From the IMG/VR virus record IMGVR_UViG_3300025682_000004: DNA of 57,667 bases; one strand, 5' to 3'. The notes below the pieces were generated by a model. The model saw only the letters and a program-made list of their open reading frames with translations, was not told the origin of the DNA and made no database searches. This DNA comes from a virus. Lineage: Duplodnaviria; Heunggongvirae; Uroviricota; Caudoviricetes. Numbering within the stretch: position 1 is the first letter of the stretch; each line of letters begins with the position of its first letter. Below, piece after piece: positions 19,712 through 27,293 of this stretch. The position numbers were made by a program, and so were the translations under genes.

Positions 19712-19779
19712 AAGTTTCTACTTCGTATTAAGTTTTGTGCAAGTTTGTCGGCACTGCACATAGCCGCAAAACGTTAACA
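19646..19779 (+). repeat. attC-like site A (long type)
   Basis: GCCACTAAC-ttcggctatatgcaatgcc ... ggcactgcacatagccgcaaaac-GTT; near-identical to sites D and E. Confidence 0.85.
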
Positions 19780-19797
19780 GTAATACTACATTCAATC

Positions 19798-20598
19798 TCA
19801 GAATAGAGTTTTCTGCGTTAAATCTTTTTCTTTTCTTTTTTCTTCCCACGCTTTTTTAATACGTTGTTCAATCATATCGCAGTATTCAGAAGATATTTCA
19901 CTCCCTATCCAATTTCTGTTATTTAGAATACTCATTTTAGCGGTTGTTCCACTTCCCATAAATGGGTCATAAATTATGTCGTTCTCATTGCTCCAACTTA
20001 AAATATGGTCATTAGCAAGGGCTTCTGGGAATACAGCAGGGTGTTCACCTTTTTGTGGTGGGATATACCAATAGTTATTTCTCCTACTAAATTCGGCACT
20101 TGGTTTACGCTTTTCTATTTTGTGTTCACCAGTTACCAACCTCCTACCTACTCCGCTTTTATCTTTTCCAAAAGAAGCATTTGGTTTGTCATAAATTAAG
20201 TTTGTAGTCTTTATTTTCCCTTTTGAAAACACAAACATATATTCAAAGTTTTGTGTGTAACACTTATTACTTCCTACTGCACCGCCACCGTCTTTAATCC
20301 AAATCATTGTGTCGTGCAAATTAAAACCAATCTCTTTGAAATATAAGGCTTGTTTAAATGATGTTCCGCTTTCATTTCCTTGAACGGTAGCATCTGAAAT
20401 AACCCAAACCAAAACACCACCTTCTTTTGTTACTCTGTAAAGTTCCTTTGCAATATCTTCAAACGGAAATGAATATCCGTTGTAAGTTCGCAATCCATCG
20501 TAAGGCGGAGATGTTATTGTTAAATCTACAAAGCAATCAGGCATCTTTGCCATTGTTTCTAAATTACTTTCATTGTAATTCTTGTTTATTTCAATCAT
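19798..20598 (-). CDS. beta-class DNA methyltransferase, SPPY type, possibly N4C (cassette B)
   Basis: TSPPY, HPAVFP, DPFMGSGTT. Confidence 0.92.
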   Translation of the reverse strand: MIEINKNYNESNLETMAKMPDCFVDLTITSPPYDGLRTYNGYSFPFEDIAKELYRVTKEGGVLVWVISDATVQGNESGTSFKQALYFKEIGFNLHDTMIWIKDGGGAVGSNKCYTQNFEYMFVFSKGKIKTTNLIYDKPNASFGKDKSGVGRRLVTGEHKIEKRKPSAEFSRRNNYWYIPPQKGEHPAVFPEALANDHILSWSNENDIIYDPFMGSGTTAKMSILNNRNWIGSEISSEYCDMIEQRIKKAWEEKRKEKDLTQKTLF

Positions 20599-20695
20599 AT
20601 TTTAAAATTTTTCAAATTAATATTTCCCACCGCACAAAAAAGAAAAGAAAAATGTCCAGTTCTCCGATTGAGCATTTGTGGTTTAAATCCGTACT

Positions 20696-20751
20696 ACTGC
20701 TAACAGCGTATAAAAACATTAAAACGATTTTTTATACGCAAAACGTTATAC
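20696..20751 (+). repeat. attC-like site B (short type)
   Basis: ACTGCTAAC-agcgtataaaaa-cattaaaacga-tttttatacgc-aaaac-GTT. Confidence 0.85.
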
Positions 20752-20752
20752 G

Positions 20753-21271
20753 CTATTTTAAGGACACAAAGTTCAAATCAGAACTTAATCCACACCCGAA
20801 ACAAAACCAAGATGTTTGAAACCAAGCACCACTATTCTTTTCAGGTTTAAAATTAAAGCGTTTGTTTGGTATCAACATTTGAATACCATTTTTATCAAAC
20901 ATCTTCCCACGTTCAATTCCTTCTAATGTTGTTAAAGGAAGTAAAAACATAAAAGGTTTTTTCAATTCATAAGCACGTTTTAAAAACTTGTCCTTTAATG
21001 AATATGGTGGGTTTGTAATAATCATATCATAATTTTCAGGTTCGTATTTGAAAAAATCTTTTCCATCTTCAATATGTGTTGTTATTACATTGTATCCAGC
21101 ATCTCTCAATACTTTTACAATTTTACTTTCTTTAATTGCTGTACACTCCCAAATTATTTTTACTTCCTTTGGTATGTATGGTAAAATCATTTCTACCGCT
21201 TCATTTGGTGTGTATAGTTCGTCAAACGCACCTCTTTTACTAAAATCTTTTTTCTGCTCTAATAAACTCAT
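20753..21271 (-). CDS. DNA adenine methyltransferase, NPPY type (cassette C)
   Basis: DELYTP, IWECTA, DFF, IITNPPYS; ATG at 21271, or upstream GTG 21337 inside the attC. Confidence 0.82.
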   Translation of the reverse strand: MSLLEQKKDFSKRGAFDELYTPNEAVEMILPYIPKEVKIIWECTAIKESKIVKVLRDAGYNVITTHIEDGKDFFKYEPENYDMIITNPPYSLKDKFLKRAYELKKPFMFLLPLTTLEGIERGKMFDKNGIQMLIPNKRFNFKPEKNSGAWFQTSWFCFGCGLSSDLNFVSLK

Positions 21272-21313
21272 ATTTGTTTTGTTTTTATTTTTAAAAGGAC
21301 ACAAAGAAAAAAC

Positions 21314-21370
21314 AGCGTATAACAAGATATAAACCACATTAAAACGATGGTTTATACCCAGCCGTTAGTG
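21314..21370 (+). repeat. attC-like site C (short type)
   Basis: AGCGTATAAC-aagatataaacca-cattaaaacga-tggtttataccca-gcc-GTT; same loop as site B. Confidence 0.85.
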
Positions 21371-22144
21371 GCAATACTCAGAAGCCCTCCGAACAGCGAC
21401 ATCATAATATTGTTTTTCCTTTTCTATTCCAATTGACCTTCGATTTAATTTGATACAAGCCAAGTTTGTTGTCCCTGAACCCATTGTGTTGTCTAAAACA
21501 ATTTCATTTTCTTTTGTGTATGTTCGCACAAGCATTTCCATTAATTCAATAGGCTTTTCAGTCGGGTGCAATTTGTTTAATCTCGGATTAGCAAGTTCAT
21601 AAATGTTTATAGGGTAATACATATCGGAATAGTTTTCAAAACCATCTTTTAATCCGCTTCCTACAACCCTGCTTTTTTCTTTTGCTCCACCACGTTTTCG
21701 CATCTTACCTTTTCTCATTATAGGATAATAGTTACATTTACCATTACTAAACACCACAATATCTTCATCAATTTGCAGTGGCATATATTTAGCGTTTTGA
21801 AAACTACCACTTTGTTTTTTATTCCATACCCATTTATGTTTGTAGTTCTTTACATTGCTCATTACTATTGCAGATGTAAATGGCTCTCTACCAAATAAAC
21901 AAATTGCACCGTTTGGTTTTATAATCCGGTTGTATTGCTCCCACAATTTATCGAATGGCAATACACTATCCCACTTACAAGCAGTAGTTCCATAGGGCAA
22001 ATCGGCAATAATCGCATCAATTGATTTATCCTCAATAAAAGGAAAAACATCGAAGCAATCAGCGTTCACAAAAATACTGCCACTAACATCGGCTATATGC
22101 AATGCCTTATTTTGTGCTTCGTATTTAAGTTTTTCTATATCCAT
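21365..22144 (-). CDS. beta-class DNA methyltransferase (cassette D)
   Basis: DLPY, HPTEKP, LDNTMGSGTT; ends nearly identical to cassette A. Confidence 0.92.
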   Translation of the reverse strand: MDIEKLKYEAQNKALHIADVSGSIFVNADCFDVFPFIEDKSIDAIIADLPYGTTACKWDSVLPFDKLWEQYNRIIKPNGAICLFGREPFTSAIVMSNVKNYKHKWVWNKKQSGSFQNAKYMPLQIDEDIVVFSNGKCNYYPIMRKGKMRKRGGAKEKSRVVGSGLKDGFENYSDMYYPINIYELANPRLNKLHPTEKPIELMEMLVRTYTKENEIVLDNTMGSGTTNLACIKLNRRSIGIEKEKQYYDVAVRRASEYCH

Positions 22145-22212
22145 AAGTTTCTACTTTGTATTAATTTTTGTGCAAGTTTGTCGGCACTGCACATAGCCGC
22201 AAAACGTTAGCG
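22079..22212 (+). repeat. attC-like site D (long type)
   Basis: GCCACTAAC...gcaaaac-GTT 22206. Confidence 0.85.
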
Positions 22213-22218
22213 GCAATG

Positions 22219-23016
22219 CTAAAAACCGCATCGCTGACAAGCAATCTCATAATATTTAGGTTCTTTTTCAATGCCGATAAATTTACGGTTGAGTTCTTTT
22301 GCAGCCAAACAGGTTGTTCCGCTTCCCATTGTATTGTCAAGCACGTAATCATTTTCATTTGAGTATGTTTTGATAAGATATTTCATAAGTTCTAAAGGTT
22401 TTTGAGTTGGATGGTTTCCTTTTTTTCTTTCAGTATTTATTTTTAAAATTGATTTTGGGTATCCCTTAAATTTAGGAACGTACTCATCATTTTTACACCC
22501 ACTTTCAGTTAAGTAATTACCCTTGTTTCCTCTTTTGCTTCTTTTTTTTATGTTTTCTATTAAACCTTGCGGATGATACGCAATTTTATTCTTTGAGTTT
22601 GGGTAGGTATATCCCTTACTAAATACTAATATATTTTCGTGTGTTTTTAAAGGCATAACATTTGCAAGTTGAAACCCTGTTGCATTTTCTTTTTCCCAAA
22701 TCCATTCATATTTAAACATTTCATAATTACTACTAATCAATTTAGTTGTAAATGGCTGTGAAGCAGTTAAAACTATTGCTCCATTATCTTTAATAATTCG
22801 CTTATATTCTTTCCAAAGTTTTTCTAATGGTATTATACTATCCCACTTACAAGCGGTTGTTCCGTAAGGCAAATCCGCCAAAATAAGTTGAACCGATTTA
22901 TAAGGAATAAGAGGTAAAATATCCATACAATCAGCATTGAATAAAGCACTACCGCTAACTTCGGCTATATGCAATGCCTTATTTTGTGCTTCGTATTTAA
23001 GTTTTTCTATATCCAT
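22219..23016 (-). CDS. beta-class DNA methyltransferase (cassette E)
   Basis: DLPY, HPTQKP, LDNTMGSGTT. Confidence 0.92.
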   Translation of the reverse strand: MDIEKLKYEAQNKALHIAEVSGSALFNADCMDILPLIPYKSVQLILADLPYGTTACKWDSIIPLEKLWKEYKRIIKDNGAIVLTASQPFTTKLISSNYEMFKYEWIWEKENATGFQLANVMPLKTHENILVFSKGYTYPNSKNKIAYHPQGLIENIKKRSKRGNKGNYLTESGCKNDEYVPKFKGYPKSILKINTERKKGNHPTQKPLELMKYLIKTYSNENDYVLDNTMGSGTTCLAAKELNRKFIGIEKEPKYYEIACQRCGF

Positions 23017-23083
23017 AAGTTTCTACTTTGTATTAATTTTTGTGCAAGTTTGTCGGCACTGCACATAGCCGTAGCCGTTATAA
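22951..23083 (+). repeat. attC-like site E (long type)
   Basis: ACCGCTAAC...gtagcc-GTT 23077. Confidence 0.85.
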
Positions 23084-23406
23084 ATATATTCTGCCAATTT
23101 TCTATTGGTATTTATTGCTATTTGACAAATATTGGTCGTATTTACAACATTTTTCACCAATAAAATTTTAATTCTATTGGACTTATGTTTTGTTACTTCA
23201 ATTTTTAAATTAGAAAAATCTAATTTTGGATTAATTTTAGAAAATTTATTTATGATATGTTCCTTTAGAATATCATTAATATTTTCATTATTAATGGTAT
23301 AAAAATATTTATTTGAACCATTAATTAAAGAAAAAAATATTTTCATTATTTTCTTCATTATTAATATTCTTTTTTCTTAGAATGAAACCAACAATTATTT
23401 ATTTTA

Positions 23407-23754
23407 TTAAATAATTATATTGTATTTTTTTAAAATATCAATCAATTTACATCCATTATATGGTTTATATAAAATTTCATGAAAAATTTTATGCTCTTTA
23501 CTTTCATATTGACCTGTGATACCTATAACGATAATATTGGGATATTTTTCGTTAATAATTTTAGTTGCTTCAATGCCATTCATAATTGGCATCATAACAT
23601 CCATAAATATTAATTTAGTGTTATTATTAATAAGATTAATACATTCTTCACCATTTGTTGCTTCAGTTATTTCTATTGGTTTTTCTTTTATTATTTCTTT
23701 TATTAAGAATCGATTAACATCGATATCATCAACAATAATTACATTTGGTTTCAT
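23407..23754 (-). CDS. stand-alone response regulator receiver (CheY-like)
   Basis: IIVDD, LIFMDVMMPIMNG, ITG, KP motifs. Confidence 0.9.
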   Translation of the reverse strand: MKPNVIIVDDIDVNRFLIKEIIKEKPIEITEATNGEECINLINNNTKLIFMDVMMPIMNGIEATKIINEKYPNIIVIGITGQYESKEHKIFHEILYKPYNGCKLIDILKKYNIII

Positions 23755-23797
23755 TTTAAAATAAACTTTATTAATATAAATAGAAAAAAAACAACAA

Positions 23798-24154
23798 TTA
23801 ATTAATATTAAAAAATTTTAATAAACTAAGATTTGCATTTTTCCAAGTAGGTTTTCTTGCTATAAATTTATTATTATAATCCCATTCATAAGTAATTTCA
23901 TCAATAGAATCATAATTATAAATTCGGTATGTTTCAAAAAATCTACATTTTGTTGGATTTATAGAATATAAATTAACAATATCACTTGCTAACTGTTCTG
24001 ATGCATTAGTAACAGATGTTCCATTTCCAATATCTTCAAATAATATATAAAACATATCTCCATTTTTTTCTATTCGAATAATGCAAGATGATTTATGAAC
24101 ACCAAAACCCATATATTCATATTCAAAATTTTCTATTTTATCCATTTCATTCAT
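23798..24154 (-). CDS. hypothetical protein
   Basis: 118 aa, GTSVTNASE motif. Confidence 0.65.
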   Translation of the reverse strand: MNEMDKIENFEYEYMGFGVHKSSCIIRIEKNGDMFYILFEDIGNGTSVTNASEQLASDIVNLYSINPTKCRFFETYRIYNYDSIDEITYEWDYNNKFIARKPTWKNANLSLLKFFNIN

Positions 24155-24522
24155 GTTTTCTTAATTTTAGATTTATTATTTTTTTGTTTTTTCTTTTCTT
24201 TAATTTCCAACTCACCATTTAAATATATTTTAACAAAATCTTTAATGGTCATGTTAAAATTAAAATTTTTGGATATTAATGAACCATTCGTTTCTATTTT
24301 ATATGAATTGGTTGTAAATATATGTTTGGTATTTATAATAAATTCATTGTCGGATTCTTTTAATAAAAATGGTGATGCTTTTTCATTGAATGAATATCCA
24401 AACAAATAATTTGTATTATTAAAATTAAAAAAAATTAAATTATAGGAATCTTTTTTTGCTTCTTTTATAATTTTAAGTGTGTTTTTTAATTCTTCACCAA
24501 AACGAATTTTATTATAGGGCAT
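24151..24522 (-). CDS. hypothetical protein
   Basis: 123 aa ORF behind a promoter. Confidence 0.6.
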   Translation of the reverse strand: MPYNKIRFGEELKNTLKIIKEAKKDSYNLIFFNFNNTNYLFGYSFNEKASPFLLKESDNEFIINTKHIFTTNSYKIETNGSLISKNFNFNMTIKDFVKIYLNGELEIKEKKKQKNNKSKIKKT

Positions 24523-24558
24523 ATTTTCTAATTTTTCTTTATTTTATTCAATTATATA

Positions 24559-24584
24559 TACGAAAAAGGAATTTAAATGTTACA
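24559..24584 (-). promoter_or_regulatory. ECF-sigma-type promoter
   Basis: TGTAAC-N16-CGTA on the minus strand. Confidence 0.75.
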
Positions 24585-24613
24585 AAAGTATTTATATTAA
24601 ACAATTTTTACTA

Positions 24614-25354
24614 ATGAATATTTTAAAAATAATCAATAAAATTCTTCTTTTTCTATATAAAATAGGTTTTAGAATTAAAGTTAAACCAATTTTAATTGGT
24701 GAACGTATTACACAATTTAAATATTGTTATCCTTGGGGTAGAACAAATACTGGTTCTAATCATGTTTATATTTCAGATAATAATGTTATTAAAAGAAATA
24801 ACGAATATTCTCTTTTTGTAAAAAAAGAGCATGTTGTTGATAATGGATGGTGGAATACTAATAATATAGAATTTGAATACACTAGAGGTGTTTTATTTAG
24901 TGAAAACACCTTTTTATATGGTAATTTTGAAGCAGAAATTTACATTCCTAAAGGATATGGTTTGTGGTCTGCATTTTGGCTATTTGGTGCAATGGATGAT
25001 AATAGTAGATTTGCAGAAATTGATATTTTTGAAGAATATGGTGATAAACAAAAATTTACATATAATACACATGCTGGTTCTGATTATAATCATAATATTT
25101 ATGGTAAGGCAGATGGTATGATTTTAAAAAACATTGAGGATAGATGGCATTACTATAGATTGGATTGGAATAAAAAATATTTAAAATATTATATTGATGA
25201 TTATCTTGTCGGTATTAGAAGTGCAAAAAATATTGATATTCCAATGCATGTAATTATTAGTTCGGGTATTGAAAATAAAGATTTGGATGTTATTGATAAA
25301 ATATTACCAAAAGAAATGAAAGTTAGAAATATAATTGTTAACCCAAAATTTTAA
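24614..25354 (+). CDS. glycoside hydrolase family 16
   Basis: YGNFEA, GLWSAFWL, catalytic EIDIFE, WHYYRLDW. Confidence 0.88.
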   Translation: MNILKIINKILLFLYKIGFRIKVKPILIGERITQFKYCYPWGRTNTGSNHVYISDNNVIKRNNEYSLFVKKEHVVDNGWWNTNNIEFEYTRGVLFSENTFLYGNFEAEIYIPKGYGLWSAFWLFGAMDDNSRFAEIDIFEEYGDKQKFTYNTHAGSDYNHNIYGKADGMILKNIEDRWHYYRLDWNKKYLKYYIDDYLVGIRSAKNIDIPMHVIISSGIENKDLDVIDKILPKEMKVRNIIVNPKF

Positions 25355-25939
25355 TTAAATTGTTACAATATTATCATCCTTAATTTTTACTTTTCTTTCA
25401 ATTACAATGTAGGGTGTATATTCATATGCAAAATAATCTGGTCGCATATTCTTTTTTACATATGCCATGTACATATTAAATCTTCTTTTATCTTCCCTAT
25501 TATATAAATCTTCATATTCATCATTTTTTGATGGTTTTATTAATATGAAATTGGGTTTATATTTATCAATAAAATCATTAATAATTTTAGTAATTGTTGA
25601 CATAACTCTAAAATGTCTACCCTTATTTAAAATATCTGTTGGAGTTCCACCAACAACACCAAAAGATACTTCCCATTTTCTACTTATTCTATCCACAAGA
25701 TTTATTAAAACAACATATTCGTCTTCTTCGGTATCAAAATGATAATTAACTTCATTAAAACTAACATTATCAAATTTAAATGGATATGGTTCATGGGTTG
25801 CTTCACCATATTCAACAATACTTTCAAGTTCTTCTGTTATATTATCTAAATCTAAATGGTGTAATCTATCACCAAATTCAGGAAAATTGGCTGAATATAT
25901 ACTTTCAATTTCTTCTCTAATAATATTTATAATATTCAT
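25355..25939 (-). CDS. phage hypothetical protein with IIREE-type leader
   Basis: 194 aa; FRVMSTI..II.DF motif. Confidence 0.65.
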   Translation of the reverse strand: MNIINIIREEIESIYSANFPEFGDRLHHLDLDNITEELESIVEYGEATHEPYPFKFDNVSFNEVNYHFDTEEDEYVVLINLVDRISRKWEVSFGVVGGTPTDILNKGRHFRVMSTITKIINDFIDKYKPNFILIKPSKNDEYEDLYNREDKRRFNMYMAYVKKNMRPDYFAYEYTPYIVIERKVKIKDDNIVTI

Positions 25940-26086
25940 CTTAAATAATAATTTTAATATAAATAGTTATGTTAAATTATTATTTACATAATTAATAACT
26001 TCTTGTGTTGGATTTTTTATATATTTAATTGTATAATATTTTTGTTTAATTTCATCGGCAGTTAATTCCAACAAAAGGTATAAAAA

Positions 26087-26749
26087 TTAAGCATAGAATG
26101 TTTTATTAATTAATTCGGAAATATCCATATCAACATCATTAATTTTTATTGATTTTAATTTAATTGGTGTGTTTTTAAATAATCTAATTTCGTTTTCTTC
26201 ATGAAAATTTGAATTCATATTCATTTCAAGAGTTTTATACCAATTAATATATTTTTCATCTATTTCAATTTCAATTAATGCTTCATTTTCTTTTGAATAA
26301 TCTCCCCAATGAGTTTCAGCACTATTTTCATTCCATGTCCAATATATACCTAATCTTTTTCCCTGTGTTTTTAAATGGTTTAACCAATTATTATCAACTC
26401 TAATTGCTCTATATAATTTTATTTTATTGGTTTGATTATCTATATTATCATATATATTATCCATTGCAACATTTAAATTGGATTCTAATTCACTTTTTAC
26501 TAAATCAAAAAATTCTTCCGATTCTAAAACATCATCATCATTACGATTATCTAAATTATTTTCATCTTTATAATAATCCAATAAATTATCAGCATAACCA
26601 TTTAAAATATAATTTCTAACATACTTATCTGTTATATAATTTCTAACATACTTATCTGTTAATATATCATCAATTTTTATATCATGAAAAGAAATTTCGT
26701 TTAAAAAATCTTTTACAACGTTTTCTATAAGTTTTATTATATTACCCAT
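26087..26749 (-). CDS. possible ADP-ribosyltransferase-fold protein
   Basis: LYRAI, LGIYWTW, EENEIRL pattern; contains a 27-bp tandem duplication. Confidence 0.45.
   Translation of the reverse strand: MGNIIKLIENVVKDFLNEISFHDIKIDDILTDKYVRNYITDKYVRNYILNGYADNLLDYYKDENNLDNRNDDDVLESEEFFDLVKSELESNLNVAMDNIYDNIDNQTNKIKLYRAIRVDNNWLNHLKTQGKRLGIYWTWNENSAETHWGDYSKENEALIEIEIDEKYINWYKTLEMNMNSNFHEENEIRLFKNTPIKLKSIKINDVDMDISELINKTFYA
26608..26661. repeat. 27-bp in-frame tandem duplication
   Basis: tataatttctaacatacttatctgtta x2 (TDKYVRNYI x2). Confidence 0.9.
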
Positions 26750-26751
26750 TA

Positions 26752-27270
26752 TTAATAATTCTCAATTGATTTAATGTTATTTTTTTTACAAATATAGTTT
26801 TCTATATTATCTTCGGTTACTAATATTGAATCAAAACCATTATTAAATATCCAATCAATAACACCTTCTGTACTTTCAATGGCATCCCATGTATTATTAT
26901 TAGTTGGTGAATTTATAAATGCTTTTGCTGTTCTAAAATTTTCTTTATTAAAATCATATCCAATATCATCCCAATCTTCATCTACATTTGGGTCATATAA
27001 TTTAAAACCGTTTTTATATAATAATTGAATATCGTTAAATTCTAAAGAATTAAAAACATTACCCAAATCTGCTTTTATAATTAATAGTTTATCACCATAT
27101 TTTTTTGCAAATGTTGATGATGTTGATAAAAAAATTATATCATCATTTTGAAATTCTTTTTTATTATCAGAAGTACCATGATATAATGTCTTTATGTTAT
27201 TAATATTTTCATTTATAACAGGTTTTAAATTTTTGATTTTATCAATCATCATTCTAATATCTTTACTCAT
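26752..27270 (-). CDS. ART-PolyVal-like ADP-ribosyltransferase-fold protein
   Basis: LYHGT, IFLST...AKKYG, NGFDSILV.E. Confidence 0.6.
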   Translation of the reverse strand: MSKDIRMMIDKIKNLKPVINENINNIKTLYHGTSDNKKEFQNDDIIFLSTSSTFAKKYGDKLLIIKADLGNVFNSLEFNDIQLLYKNGFKLYDPNVDEDWDDIGYDFNKENFRTAKAFINSPTNNNTWDAIESTEGVIDWIFNNGFDSILVTEDNIENYICKKNNIKSIENY

Positions 27271-27293
27271 GTTTTTATAAAATTTGTTTTTGA

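Larger units (their letters stand above)
18922..23076 (+). mobile_element. array of five attC-delimited methyltransferase cassettes (CALIN-like)
   Basis: GTT crossovers at 18922, 19773, 20745, 21364, 22206, 23077; each unit's start is complementary to its own attC left arm. Confidence 0.88.
18847..23358 (-). pseudogene. cas6: cas6-like gene (C-terminal half) interrupted by the cassette array
   Basis: Joining 23077 to 18921 gives LAEYIYN-YGIGQSTGCVFGTVY, the Cas6 Gly-rich loop with one G>V; 118 aa in frame. Confidence 0.65.

Noticed and set aside
22161-22362. Short ORFs 22161-22358, 22168-22362, 22969-23163 and 20427-20819
   Set aside because: Shadow frames across attC sites and methyltransferase genes
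17024-23016. Restriction-modification system
   Set aside because: No restriction endonuclease gene is adjacent to any of the six methyltransferases
18922-23076. Simple tandem gene duplication as the origin of the methyltransferase cluster
   Set aside because: B and C belong to different subfamilies yet have the same GTT/self-complementary boundaries, and removing the array restores another gene precisely
19646-23083. Repeats near a cas6-like gene read as a CRISPR array
   Set aside because: Repeats are 55-135 bp hairpins separated by whole genes, not 25-45 bp repeats with short spacers
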